The notes beneath the pieces are model-generated. The model was given only the letters and a program-made list of their open reading frames with translations. It had not been told where the DNA came from and made no database searches. From a virus (Duplodnaviria; Caudoviricetes): 54,770 bases of DNA. The stretch covers positions 1 through 54,770 of the IMG/VR virus record IMGVR_UViG_3300021411_000001; one strand, given 5' to 3'. Both the position numbers and the translations under genes were made by a program. Positions within the stretch are counted from its first letter, which is position 1, and the number at the start of each line of letters is the position of its first letter. This document shows positions 43,255 to 53,589 of this stretch, one piece after another.

Positions 43255-43622
43255 GCCGGTACTCTACCTGCTTCAACAGCAGTATCCGAGTGGTCGCCGC
43301 GCCGACCGACCCTAAGTGGCGTGAACAGCTTGAGGACGCGAAGGAACTGGACCAGAAGAATCGGGATTTCTACGGCTTCCGCGGGGATCGTGATGGCGAA
43401 CTCTGCCGAGTACAGTGCAAGCAGCAGGCCGCTGGCCTCGAGATGGCCGAACTGGTGAAGACCTTCTACGGCTTCCGTGCCCGCACGGTCTTCATGGGCG
43501 GCGAGCCATTCGGACCGAGGTTCGACACTTATGAGGAACTCGAGAGGTGGCTGGTGGACGTGTGGCACGCAGAGGCACCGAGCCGACGCGAGGTTATCGA
43601 CCGCGGAATGGGAGGGCGGTGA
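43248..43622 (+). CDS. Early hypothetical protein
   Basis: GAGG RBS; overlaps the upstream stop. Confidence 0.55.
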   Translation: MVGRYSTCFNSSIRVVAAPTDPKWREQLEDAKELDQKNRDFYGFRGDRDGELCRVQCKQQAAGLEMAELVKTFYGFRARTVFMGGEPFGPRFDTYEELERWLVDVWHAEAPSRREVIDRGMGGR

Positions 43623-43825
43623 CATGCGGGAGAAGTGGATCCGGTTCAACCCGAACACCGGCAAGCTGCAGATTCAGTACATTGAGGACAGTGTGCTGTT
43701 CAGCGTCGACACCGACAAGAAGGAAATCGCAGAGAACCTCGGCAAGCCGACCCTACGCCGACTGCTGGCCTCGCCGAAGGACAAGAAGGGGTTTCACAAA
43801 CTAGACCGAAGAGGAGGACATTGAC

Positions 43826-44173
43826 ATGAAGGACAACGCGCAGTTCAGACAGCTCTACCACGACTCCATGGTCGCCGCTATGGCCGCCGGAGGAAGTGCT
43901 CAACCGATACCGATGCACATCAGCGGCTACGCACCAGTCGCGGATGGTGTCTGCGGCTTCGCCGGCGTAGTCATGCGGCCAGCGACCAGCGCCTTTGCCA
44001 AGTGGCTCAAGGCGATGCTCATCGCACGCAGCCACTACGGTGGTGGGCTCTACATCAACATCACTGACTTCAACCAGTCCTACACAAGAAAGATGGCAGC
44101 TGCCGAGGCAATGGCAAAGCACCTGCGGGACAAGGGTGGAGTCAATGCACACGCAGAAGGGAGGCTCGACTAA
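43826..44173 (+). CDS. Conserved phage hypothetical protein
   Basis: GVCGFA.V, FAKWLK, QSYTRK..A.A.A..L, ends GRLD; GAGGAGG RBS. Confidence 0.7.
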   Translation: MKDNAQFRQLYHDSMVAAMAAGGSAQPIPMHISGYAPVADGVCGFAGVVMRPATSAFAKWLKAMLIARSHYGGGLYINITDFNQSYTRKMAAAEAMAKHLRDKGGVNAHAEGRLD

Positions 44174-44200
44174 TGTGGCAATGGGTCAAGAAGGAAATCT

Positions 44201-44623
44201 GTGACTGGTGGAAAGCAATCAAGATCGTATTTTGGGAGGACTGATATGGGTATCAACAACGAACAGATGGACCCAGAGTTCGAGCGGACTGCCCGACAGG
44301 TGAGTGCAGAGTTCGAGCGGACCGTCCGACTGGCGGCCGCGGCGGAGGAGTACCGTCAGAAACAGGACGCAATCATGGGCTACCGAGGGATGTACCCCGA
44401 GAAGGCCTCAGAGTTTCCTGATGCAATATGCGAGTGTGGTGAACCCTACAGTATGCACTCGCCTGGTCGCGATCCGAATGTGATGGCCTGCCGAGGGGAG
44501 GAGGAGTGCGGGTGCACCGGTTTTGAGTCGAAGGCTGATAAGTTGGTGACATGGGGCGACCTGCTCGACTATGCCAAGAAGCTTGCTAGGTTCCATTGGC
44601 ACATGCTAAGGAGCAATTTTTAG
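44201..44623 (+). CDS. Hypothetical protein with CxC..H..C..CxC motif (start probably 44246)
   Basis: GGGAGG before MGINNE; last gene of the plus-strand arm. Confidence 0.55.
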   Translation: MTGGKQSRSYFGRTDMGINNEQMDPEFERTARQVSAEFERTVRLAAAAEEYRQKQDAIMGYRGMYPEKASEFPDAICECGEPYSMHSPGRDPNVMACRGEEECGCTGFESKADKLVTWGDLLDYAKKLARFHWHMLRSNF

Positions 44624-44652
44624 ATAGGAGGTGCCTATGAGAGGCCTGTAGA

Positions 44653-44709
44653 ACACTGCCCGGACCGTCCAGGTTGCCCATTACGGCGTCCCGACGGCCC
44701 GGGCAGTGT
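44653..44709. terminator. Long hairpin at the convergence of early and late transcription
   Basis: ACACTGCCCGGACCGTC-N23-GACGGCCCGGGCAGTGT (16 of 17 pairs). Confidence 0.6.
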
Positions 44710-44712
44710 CAT

Positions 44713-46302
44713 TTATACCTGGCCGGCCCAGAATGCACCATCGACGCATATGTGCGAGTGTGACTTGCCCATGGGGTCAATCGAGGTGTGGGCGTTCATC
44801 CACGAGCCGATGGGGCCAGTGTACTCAAGGTTCAGGAAGGTGCAGGTGCCATTCCGCCGGTGCCCTCCCTCGATGCCAGGAGCGTGACCATGACCACTGA
44901 CCACCTTCGACCCTATCTTCGCCAAGTTCCTGATTGAGCCCCTCGCCCCATTCGCTCCCTTGTCACCGTGCAGCGCCATCTGGAAGCCCGCGATCATCAG
45001 CGAGTCGAGGGGCGTCAGACAGTGCAAGTTCTTCTGTCTGCGCTTCTTCACCCAGTAGTGGAACGGGTCGGGTGTGAAGGCCCCGTGCTTCGTCATCACT
45101 GACCGCTCGGCCATATACGTCGCAGTCCTCAGGTAGAACAGGGCATTGGTCGGATCCTTCTTCCAGTCGGTGTTCTCCACCCACCGTCGGAACATATCAT
45201 CATGGTTCGACGAAGTGATGAAGGTCTCCCTGCCCTTCACCTTTTCGATGACGAAGTCTATGGTCTCCCGAACTTCCTTCTCCATGTCGTCCATGCCCGA
45301 CTTCCGCTTCGCTATTGCGATGAAGGGGCGATCCTTGTGGTGTGGTGTTCCTGCGTAGCAGTCGAACGTATCGTGGAGGATAATCTTCTTCGGCTTTAGC
45401 CTGTCGACCAGACCGCCGTCGCCGAAGGTTGCCCTTATCACTGCGGGGTCGGAGAACGGAGGATGGAGGTCGCCGACACTCAGTCCGGGGTAGTCGCCGG
45501 CCGGCTTGACTGTGCCGTCGGGCAGGTAAGCCTTTTCGAAGAAGCAGAATGCTCCATCCTTGCGGGCTGTGATCTCGTCGATGTGGAAGATCTTGCCGTT
45601 GACGAGCTTGACTACCAGGGCGCCGATGATGTGGTGGAATTCCCCCTTCTTGCCGGCCTTGGTGTCCGTATAGTTCTCTATGGTACAGGACCCTGTGGTC
45701 CACATCACCTTCGCGATGCTGTGGTTTGGTGTCGGCACGACGATGAGTTCGCGCTTCGGATGCCCGAGTATGGAGGACTCGCCATGCGACAACCCCTCGA
45801 GGTCACTCAGTGGATACTGCGCAGTCGGCTGGACGTGCACATCGGCGAGCAGCATAAGGTTGTCATTGAGTCTCGTCCGCTTATTGATGAGGAACGGGAC
45901 GAGCTCCGGAGCCCACCATTGCGCGTTCTGCTGGCTCTCCTCCCACCGCGATGTCGGGTTCTTGTACCGACCAGGAGTGACCATGAGAGTTGCGAAGAGG
46001 TCGTCCCTCAGTCGCTTGAGGCCAGTCAGGAACCCACGGTGCACAGGTGTGGCATTCTGCGCCCAGGTAACGATGATGGTATCCGTCCACTCGAGGGTCG
46101 CACCAAACTCGAGCTTAGCCTCGACCTTCTTGCCGTCACCCCGATAGGGTGCTGTCGGGTCTGTCGTCTCGTAGCACTTCGAGTCCACTGTCTTGCACAC
46201 CCATCGGTCCTTGCCTCTTGCAGTCTTACCGTTGCGAACCATGGGGGCATTGTTGTTAGCGCATCTGGGATTCGGGCATGGGTATGTCTTCTTCATTCTC
46301 AT
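44713..46302 (-). CDS. T5 A1-like metallophosphoesterase-fold nuclease with N-terminal Zn ribbon
   Basis: CPNPRC..C; TWAQNAT, GHPK, TTGSCT..NY..KAGKKGEFHH; metal motifs GDLH, LHD, SNHD, HGD.GANGARGS, GHGH. Confidence 0.65.
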   Translation of the reverse strand: MRMKKTYPCPNPRCANNNAPMVRNGKTARGKDRWVCKTVDSKCYETTDPTAPYRGDGKKVEAKLEFGATLEWTDTIIVTWAQNATPVHRGFLTGLKRLRDDLFATLMVTPGRYKNPTSRWEESQQNAQWWAPELVPFLINKRTRLNDNLMLLADVHVQPTAQYPLSDLEGLSHGESSILGHPKRELIVVPTPNHSIAKVMWTTGSCTIENYTDTKAGKKGEFHHIIGALVVKLVNGKIFHIDEITARKDGAFCFFEKAYLPDGTVKPAGDYPGLSVGDLHPPFSDPAVIRATFGDGGLVDRLKPKKIILHDTFDCYAGTPHHKDRPFIAIAKRKSGMDDMEKEVRETIDFVIEKVKGRETFITSSNHDDMFRRWVENTDWKKDPTNALFYLRTATYMAERSVMTKHGAFTPDPFHYWVKKRRQKNLHCLTPLDSLMIAGFQMALHGDKGANGARGSIRNLAKIGSKVVSGHGHAPGIEGGHRRNGTCTFLNLEYTGPIGSWMNAHTSIDPMGKSHSHICVDGAFWAGQV

Positions 46303-46335
46303 ATTCTGTCGTTCATGTTCCGCGAACGGGACCAG

Positions 46336-49300
46336 CTACTGAACGGGTTGGCCTTTTGCTTGGAGATCCTCACGCATCTCTGGGGTTATCTTGATGGACC
46401 AGACGGGCTCAGGTTCAGAGAGCTTCGCATACTTCTTCAGCTTGGGCAGCATGTAGTCTGTAAGCCACTCCTTGGTCCCAGAGATGCCCACTTTCTGGCC
46501 ACGGGCGTCTACCAAGTCGAAGGTGACATGGCCCGGTGTATTGTCCTTAGTAATCTTCCAGGTTGATGGATCATCATGCTCTGCAAACATTTTATGGTAG
46601 CTCTTCAATGTTGGGCTATCATTCACTGGGTGCAGGGGCACCTTCTCGGCCTTCACCCCATACTTCTTCAGGTACTTATCCATGAAGTTGGGCAGGATCT
46701 TGTCGTAGAAGCCCTTCATTCCCTCGCCGCCGATGTCGAGACCAAGTCCGGAGATAACCCCTCGATTCTTAGGGCCCCCTTCGACTGGAATAGCATTCAT
46801 GTCGCTTTTATATGACGACCCTCTACCAGCTCCCTCACCTGTGATGATCTTCTCTGCGAGTTCCTTCCCGACCATATCAGCGAGCTCTGATTCAGATAGC
46901 CCGTCCTTCCCGACGACCTTGGCTCCATTCTTACGAGCTAAGATGCCATATGTTCCATCAGGATTCTTATCCCACTGCAAGGCATCGATATGCTTGCTCA
47001 GGTTATACCTGTCCGCTTGCTGCTTGCCAGTGGTCCAGCTTAGCGATTCATAGTCATTGTCCACGGCCTCCTGCAGCATGCGCTTCATGCCGAGCTCGTG
47101 CCAATCCTTCTTGAAGGGCGCATCAGGAACACCAGCTGGTTTGAACTTGTTCATGAGAAAGCTTATAGACCCTGGATCCTCATCCTCCCAGGTCTTAAGC
47201 TGCTCGAGAGCTTCTGGCTTGGTCAATTCTGAACCTTCACCGAACTCAGCAATACGATCCTCATCGGTCCAGACCCCATTCGGGTCATTCTTTTGCAAGA
47301 GGTCTCTCAGCTGCTCTAGAGATAGGTCCTCAAATGCAGGCTGCTTGGTTGCATAACCTTTCTTCCTGCCGGCTTGATGCCAGTCTGACTGGAGCTCCTC
47401 GATGAACAGTGACTTGCCACCAACGATTTCACGGTCCTTCACCCTGGCATGGAACAGACGGTTGAGGTCTAAAGTACTGTCGCCATAGTTATGGCCTGTT
47501 GGGACTTCGTAGTCACCACCAAGTGGGCCGCCGGCTTCATGGCGTTTCCAGTTATCGTACTCGCGCAATGCGTCGCCGGTCTTCCTTGCAGCCGCCTTGT
47601 ACACGATCTTGCCACTAGGGTCTTTGATGACTTGCGAGGTCCCAGTATCTGAGATTGTAAACCCCTCAGGCAGCAGGATATTTGCTGGTTGCCGGCCCTG
47701 TGTAGGCAGGTTTGCTGTGTATTCGCGATAGTTCGTACCACCAGACAAAGTGTACTTTTCGAACCTTGGTGACAGACCTAGTGCACTATCCATCTGGTCC
47801 ATAAGGTTCCTGGTGTAGTCGTCATACTGTGCAGCCAGTTGGCCTTGCTCGGCAGGTGACATGGTGTCCCAGTCATGGTCATCGATATTCATTGCCTCGT
47901 GGCGCCAGTCCTCGAACTCAAGAGGTGCCTCGATTTCCTCAGCAGACAGGTTAGAGAACTTCTTTCCCTTCGTGCCTCCGATCCAGTTATCTGTGATCTT
48001 CGGCATAGTCTCCTCGACCTTCGCAAGCACATCGGCTTTGGAGACCTTCTTGGTCCCCAGGGCCTCGAGCCATGACTTGAGGCCTGTAGTCTCTGCTTCC
48101 TTGCCGGCGTTCTTGGCGATGTTGAGGAACTGCGCGGCCGGTCCGGCGTTCGGCCCCTTCTCCTCGATGGTATCACCGAGCTTCGTGAAGAAGTTTCCGA
48201 AGTCCTTGAGGCGGATCGACCCACGCTCTAGTTCACCCTTCGCCCTGGCCTTCTCGTAGAAGTCACTATGCTTTGCGATCCACTTGTCAAATGCCTGCAG
48301 GGATGTTTTGCCTGTGTCCTTCTTAAACTGCTGGAATATGTTCTGGCTCTCACCGGCCGCAGTGCTTGCTGCGGTGTTCGGATAGATCCTGTGGATGTCA
48401 GCGATAAGTTCCTTTGGTGTGCCCATCTCACCATGGGCACCAATCTCCCAACTCGCCATCTCGATCTTAGGGTTATTGGCGATCATCTTCTCGAGGGCAT
48501 TCATGGCCTGCTTGGTCGGCTCATGGAACATCTGCACACCGATGGCCTTAGGATCCCACTTGTTTATGCGGATGAGCTTGTTACTCTTGAGGGAGTTCAT
48601 CATCGCCTCGTCATCATTGCGGAACTCCGCCATCTTAGATTTGATTTGGCCGATTTCATTCAGTGCGCCGAAGTGGTCCTGCCCCACATCGACTGCATTG
48701 CCATTGTTGTCGACGAACAGGCTCATGCGCCGGCTACCGAGTGGCTTCTCGAGGTCTAATGGTTTTGCATCTGCTTTCTCGATGAGCTCCTTCGTCACCG
48801 GGTCAGGGTTCTTGAATCGGATGGAGCCGCGCTCGAGTTCTCCGGATGCCTTGGCTCGCTGGTAGAACCCGCCCAGCGAGCCATCAGCTTTTGGGAATGC
48901 CTTGTTGACTGCCTTGTAGAACTCCTTGGGTGTGCCGGATCCGTGCACTCCACCTGGCAGGTCAAATGACACTGGTGAGTCGGGGTTCTGCGTGAACAAC
49001 TTGTCGAGCGTCTTGAATGCCTTGTCGGATGGCCTTGCGCCAATCTGTATTCCGATCTCGCCTTCCTTCACGCCATACTTGCCCATAGATGGCTTGGTCG
49101 CATTGACGCGGATCATATCGTGGTCTGCCAGAGCCTTCTGCATGATTGCATCTGGATTTGCATTTGCACCGTACAGCTTCTCCACAAACTTCGGGTCGAC
49201 TCCTGTCATCGCGCGTGGATGATCGGAATGCAAGGACAGCATGCGGCCATCTCCACCGATGAACAACTTGACCTTACCGGTCTGTTCCTTGATGTCCTCA

Positions 49301-51678
49301 AGTGCCGCGGGCTCAACGAAGTTGCCAGACTTGTTCTTTGCGATCTTGTCGAGCATTGCCGTCTTGGACTCGCCCTTAGCGAAGTCCTTCAGCTTTGCCG
49401 GGAGGGGCATCTTGTCTATGATGCGGTCCTCTATCGCCCGGTTCTGGCCCTCGTAGAAGGCGGAGTCCTGCTCCTCCCTGGGCAGCTTGGAGAAGGCCCC
49501 CTCTGGGGCACGGCGCTCTGGGCCACCGTAGTTCGTACGCTCGGCGGCTACCTCCTCGTCAGTGAATTTCGGGGCGTACGCAGTGTCGGTCTTGCGAAGG
49601 CTGGGGATCTTCGGCTGGTCGAGCGGGGTGATCCCGTATAGACTCACCGCCCCACGCTGGTCTCTCGCCTTGTTCTTGAACCAGTCCTTTAGGTTGAACT
49701 TGCCGGCGGGCATCGGCTCACCGCCTTCCGACGTGAAGACCCTCTTCATGCGGCCAGTCTTCGGATCGCGCACAACGTCAGACTTTGCAGTGACGTTCAG
49801 GTCCTTCAGGCTGATGTCCCCTGGTCCGAGCTGGATCGCAGGCTTCGGTCCAGGTGGAAGTGCACGTGCTGGGTTGGTCCGTGCTACATTCTGTTTGAAC
49901 TCAGCCTGGAAGTCCTTCAGGTTCGAAGCCTCCATGCTGGATGGCAACTGTATCGTGCGCCCAGAACTGGGAATCACAGTTCCACTTGTGCTAGTTGCAG
50001 CCGGCAATGCACGAACTGGTGCGGCCGGTCGGTATGGCGTGAATGGTGCAGAGAGCGGCTTCGGTGCTCCGATACCATCATCCATCAATGCCCTACGCAG
50101 CATGTTCGCTGAAGAGCCCCTCTCCTTGAGGAACTTCGACATCTTCTTTATAGCCCAGGCCTTCGCAAGATTGCTGGTCGCGAGTCCTGCACCGACTGCT
50201 GCGAGTTCAGGGTTTCCGGTCGCTAGGCCTCCACCGATCTTCACGGCTGCAGTGCCCAGTTCCTTGGCCATGGCCAACTTTCCGGCCTGCTCTTGTAGAC
50301 TGTTCGGCTGCTGCCGCTCAAAGACATTTTTCCGTCGATACAGTTCTTCCTCGAAGTTGAGGAGTTGGCCATAGCGTCGGCTGGCCTCTGCCGCCGGACC
50401 ACTCTGTCCCTGTATGTCTACATGGTCATAGATCAGCTTGCGCAGTGCGGTTGCCTCGGCGACGAGTCCGGCAGTCTCTGGATTCTTAGCTGCAGCATTC
50501 CGCTTCGCAGTCGGATACTTGTCATAGTAAGCGTCCAGTTCTGCATTCGTTGTATGCAGCATGTCCTCAAGATCGGACAGACTATGGGCCTGACGATATG
50601 CTGCAGCTTCTTCTGCTAGTGCAGCAGCAGCTTCTGGATTCTTAATCCACAGCTTGGTGGGGATTGACCCAACTATTGCATTAGCAACCGGCGATGCATC
50701 AACTGCATCACCGAGCGCAGGATCCACAAACTGTGAGCGCTGCTCCCACAACTTCTTCTTAGCATTCTTCGTGACATCGATGACATCCTGGAATAGCAGG
50801 TTGGGGTCCTCACTCAGTGGCCGGCCAAGATCTGCGATGGACGCCTTAACTTCGGGCAGTACAGTCTCGAGGTTCACCTTGAACTGCGTGTTGGTGGCCT
50901 TCGGCTTTATAGCACGCATGGTCGCTTCGATTGGTGCAGGAGGTACACCAAGTACCGCCTCTGCTGCCCTGGTAGCCACGCTTCGTCCCAACTTCAATGG
51001 GACGCTCGCAGCTTTCTTCAATGCGCCGGCTGCCATCGCCTCACCCTCTGGGGTAGAGACTGCAAGGCCGCCGATCATGCCGATGGCATTGCCGACACCT
51101 GCAGAGGCCTTTTCCACATCGCCAGTATCGAGTCCCTCGCGGATCTTAGATCCGATCTCTGCAGCTTGCGGGCCGATCAGCGGTATGGCTCCGGCCACGC
51201 GATGCACAAACTCGCCGGCTCGATTGCCCTGCTGCTTGTACTCTTCCGCCTGACGGAACTGCTCTTCCTGTGGAGCAAGGAGCGTCCTGCGGGCTTCTAT
51301 TGTGGCCTTACGCCGCTCTGCGTTTATTGCTGCGGCCTCAGCGGGAGTAGAACCAAGACCGAGCGACTTGTCCAAGCCGGACGCAGGGACGCGCTCAGGG
51401 ATGATACCCGATGCGTTCACCAGGTTCTTCCCGAAGTTCCAGATGCCTGACACTACACTGGTCAATGGTTGTGCTGGGTCAATGCCTAGGCCTTCTGCAA
51501 TGTTCAACGGAAGGTCGCGAGCCTGATCTTTTGCTACCTGGAAGCCACTGCGGTCCGTCTGTCGTTGTGCATAAACATCCTGACCTGGCATGGTAACAGG
51601 TGGTGCAGGGGCCTTCAGGAAGCCCAGGTCGATCTTAGGCGTGTCTTCGATGAATCCGAGGTCGATCTTCTGAGCCAT
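46336..51678 (-). CDS. Large DNA-ejection / polyvalent protein (P22 gp16 position), 1780 aa
   Basis: Third gene of the ejection cluster; Ala/Gly-rich N-half; duplicated internal domain; C-terminal GGTNYRE..LFIEELQSDWHQ..PDAPFKK..GMKGFYD region. Confidence 0.7.
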   Translation of the reverse strand: MAQKIDLGFIEDTPKIDLGFLKAPAPPVTMPGQDVYAQRQTDRSGFQVAKDQARDLPLNIAEGLGIDPAQPLTSVVSGIWNFGKNLVNASGIIPERVPASGLDKSLGLGSTPAEAAAINAERRKATIEARRTLLAPQEEQFRQAEEYKQQGNRAGEFVHRVAGAIPLIGPQAAEIGSKIREGLDTGDVEKASAGVGNAIGMIGGLAVSTPEGEAMAAGALKKAASVPLKLGRSVATRAAEAVLGVPPAPIEATMRAIKPKATNTQFKVNLETVLPEVKASIADLGRPLSEDPNLLFQDVIDVTKNAKKKLWEQRSQFVDPALGDAVDASPVANAIVGSIPTKLWIKNPEAAAALAEEAAAYRQAHSLSDLEDMLHTTNAELDAYYDKYPTAKRNAAAKNPETAGLVAEATALRKLIYDHVDIQGQSGPAAEASRRYGQLLNFEEELYRRKNVFERQQPNSLQEQAGKLAMAKELGTAAVKIGGGLATGNPELAAVGAGLATSNLAKAWAIKKMSKFLKERGSSANMLRRALMDDGIGAPKPLSAPFTPYRPAAPVRALPAATSTSGTVIPSSGRTIQLPSSMEASNLKDFQAEFKQNVARTNPARALPPGPKPAIQLGPGDISLKDLNVTAKSDVVRDPKTGRMKRVFTSEGGEPMPAGKFNLKDWFKNKARDQRGAVSLYGITPLDQPKIPSLRKTDTAYAPKFTDEEVAAERTNYGGPERRAPEGAFSKLPREEQDSAFYEGQNRAIEDRIIDKMPLPAKLKDFAKGESKTAMLDKIAKNKSGNFVEPAALEDIKEQTGKVKLFIGGDGRMLSLHSDHPRAMTGVDPKFVEKLYGANANPDAIMQKALADHDMIRVNATKPSMGKYGVKEGEIGIQIGARPSDKAFKTLDKLFTQNPDSPVSFDLPGGVHGSGTPKEFYKAVNKAFPKADGSLGGFYQRAKASGELERGSIRFKNPDPVTKELIEKADAKPLDLEKPLGSRRMSLFVDNNGNAVDVGQDHFGALNEIGQIKSKMAEFRNDDEAMMNSLKSNKLIRINKWDPKAIGVQMFHEPTKQAMNALEKMIANNPKIEMASWEIGAHGEMGTPKELIADIHRIYPNTAASTAAGESQNIFQQFKKDTGKTSLQAFDKWIAKHSDFYEKARAKGELERGSIRLKDFGNFFTKLGDTIEEKGPNAGPAAQFLNIAKNAGKEAETTGLKSWLEALGTKKVSKADVLAKVEETMPKITDNWIGGTKGKKFSNLSAEEIEAPLEFEDWRHEAMNIDDHDWDTMSPAEQGQLAAQYDDYTRNLMDQMDSALGLSPRFEKYTLSGGTNYREYTANLPTQGRQPANILLPEGFTISDTGTSQVIKDPSGKIVYKAAARKTGDALREYDNWKRHEAGGPLGGDYEVPTGHNYGDSTLDLNRLFHARVKDREIVGGKSLFIEELQSDWHQAGRKKGYATKQPAFEDLSLEQLRDLLQKNDPNGVWTDEDRIAEFGEGSELTKPEALEQLKTWEDEDPGSISFLMNKFKPAGVPDAPFKKDWHELGMKRMLQEAVDNDYESLSWTTGKQQADRYNLSKHIDALQWDKNPDGTYGILARKNGAKVVGKDGLSESELADMVGKELAEKIITGEGAGRGSSYKSDMNAIPVEGGPKNRGVISGLGLDIGGEGMKGFYDKILPNFMDKYLKKYGVKAEKVPLHPVNDSPTLKSYHKMFAEHDDPSTWKITKDNTPGHVTFDLVDARGQKVGISGTKEWLTDYMLPKLKKYAKLSEPEPVWSIKITPEMREDLQAKGQPVQ

Positions 51679-51679
51679 T

Positions 51680-53575
51680 CTACTCCGTGTATCCTGCGCC
51701 CTTCAGGGCCGCTTTAACTGCCTGCCGGTTAGCAGGTGTGTCCGAGAGCTTGTTGTGGGAGAGTCCTTTGACTACCAAGTCCTCTGTGATCTTCTTGCCG
51801 GCCGGCGCTGCTTGCACATCCGGCTTTGGTGGTGCAGTCGGGGCCTCGGTCTTCGTTACTGGATCCAAGGCGTCCACATCCGCACCCAGATCCTTCAGAA
51901 TCTTCCGGGCCTTTGCATCCAGGAAACTGAAGTCCCTTGGCTTTCCCATTCCCTTCGTGTACTGACTGTTCAGCGCCTCGAGCCTTGAGCCCATGAGGTC
52001 GATCGCACTGTCGATGGCTTCCTGCAGCTGTTCCGGCGAGCCGGCTGTATCGATGCTCTCCTTCCACGACTTGATGTCTGCCTCAGCGCCACCAGTTCCG
52101 CGAAATACCTTGGTTAGTTCGTTCGCCACTGCGTTCCTTGCCACCTCGAAGGCCACGACACGCTTGTCACCTGTCTCGCTCGCCAACCAGTTCGCCACTG
52201 AGTTGTACTTCTTGATGCTCGAGTTGTCCAGTGCCTGCCCGGCCTTGTGCAGTTTATCAAGATGGCCGACAACCGTATTCAGGGACTTAACGTTGTCTGC
52301 CGCCTTGCCAGACGTGAAGTCCTGACGAAGCTTCAGCCTCACGTTGTACTGCGAGGCATCGAAGTCCGGATCGAACTCCCCGGCCTTCTCCAGAACCTGC
52401 TGCCAGTATGGTGTCTTCAGGGCCATGCCTGATGGAAGCTGAATCTTATAGTCTACCAGTTGTCGCACGACGGACGTTACCCCTGGACTCAGTCCAGAAA
52501 GTGCGGACTCATTGCGCTGCCCGAGGGTCGCCGCAGGTATCACCTTACCTGGCGTTCCTCCGCCGCCCAGGGCTGCTGCATTCGCAGCCATGATCTTCCC
52601 GACTTCCACCGATATGCCATACTTCTTCAACTCATCGAGGGCCTTCTGAGCAAGCTTTGCTTCCGGTCCTCCCCTGGCGATAATCATTGCAAGCTCGGTC
52701 GGACTATCCACCTTCGCGAGCGTGGCACGAGTCTCCGGGCTGATACCCTGGGAGAGGGCCTGCATCCTAGCCTGCTCTGAGAACTCTGCAGGGTATTTCT
52801 TCTTGCGCTCTTCGTCGAGCTGGGCCAATGCGTTGTCCCATCCTGCTTGGTCAGTCGCTGCGCCGAGGATCTGTGCTTCGTTCTCTATGTTCTTCTTCAG
52901 CAGGTCTGCCTTCGAGGTCGCAACAGTCCTCTGCTCTGTTATCTTCGCCTGTGCCGCAGAGATCTGATCCTTGGCACTCATCGTCTCATCTACTAGTTGC
53001 TTCAAGAGCGCATCCGTAGAGGCTGGGTCATACTGCTGGGGTATTGCGCTCATGTGCTGTGGGTCGATCAGTTGTTCTGCCTGTGCCTGCTGCAAGGCCT
53101 GGGAGTAAAGGCCCGGCCTGTTTGCAGGGTCCCCATTCAGCACGCTCTGAGCCAAAGCTGCGAAGCGCTCGGACTTCTTAAGATGTAGGGTCATCTCCTT
53201 CTCTACCTGGTCGAGTGCAGCTTTGTGAACTGTCTGCTTGTGCACCTGATGCGCCTGTGCGATCTCCGGGTGACCAGCCTGTATCAGGTCGTTCATCACA
53301 GCATCATCATCAATCGCGATCCCCTTCTCAGGATCGTATGACGTGTGGCTGCGCACAATGTCCTCGTATGCCTTCTCGTCAACGACCTGCTTCTGTTCCT
53401 TCTGTGCAGTCCTCTGCTTCTGCTGGATGTCCAGGTCGTTAACCTGTGACTGCTGCGCATTCAGCTTCCGCACATCCCGCATGTTCCTTAGGGCCATCTG
53501 CTGGCCCCGGATCTCATTCAGGTTGGGGATAACTGGGGGCTTTACCCCCAAGGCGATGTTAGGATCGATGGGCAT
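51680..53575 (-). CDS. DNA-ejection protein (P22 gp20 position)
   Basis: MPIDPNIALGVKPP start; Gln/Ala-rich, helical; position in cluster. Confidence 0.65.
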   Translation of the reverse strand: MPIDPNIALGVKPPVIPNLNEIRGQQMALRNMRDVRKLNAQQSQVNDLDIQQKQRTAQKEQKQVVDEKAYEDIVRSHTSYDPEKGIAIDDDAVMNDLIQAGHPEIAQAHQVHKQTVHKAALDQVEKEMTLHLKKSERFAALAQSVLNGDPANRPGLYSQALQQAQAEQLIDPQHMSAIPQQYDPASTDALLKQLVDETMSAKDQISAAQAKITEQRTVATSKADLLKKNIENEAQILGAATDQAGWDNALAQLDEERKKKYPAEFSEQARMQALSQGISPETRATLAKVDSPTELAMIIARGGPEAKLAQKALDELKKYGISVEVGKIMAANAAALGGGGTPGKVIPAATLGQRNESALSGLSPGVTSVVRQLVDYKIQLPSGMALKTPYWQQVLEKAGEFDPDFDASQYNVRLKLRQDFTSGKAADNVKSLNTVVGHLDKLHKAGQALDNSSIKKYNSVANWLASETGDKRVVAFEVARNAVANELTKVFRGTGGAEADIKSWKESIDTAGSPEQLQEAIDSAIDLMGSRLEALNSQYTKGMGKPRDFSFLDAKARKILKDLGADVDALDPVTKTEAPTAPPKPDVQAAPAGKKITEDLVVKGLSHNKLSDTPANRQAVKAALKGAGYTE

Positions 53576-53589
53576 CGTGTCTCCTGTTC

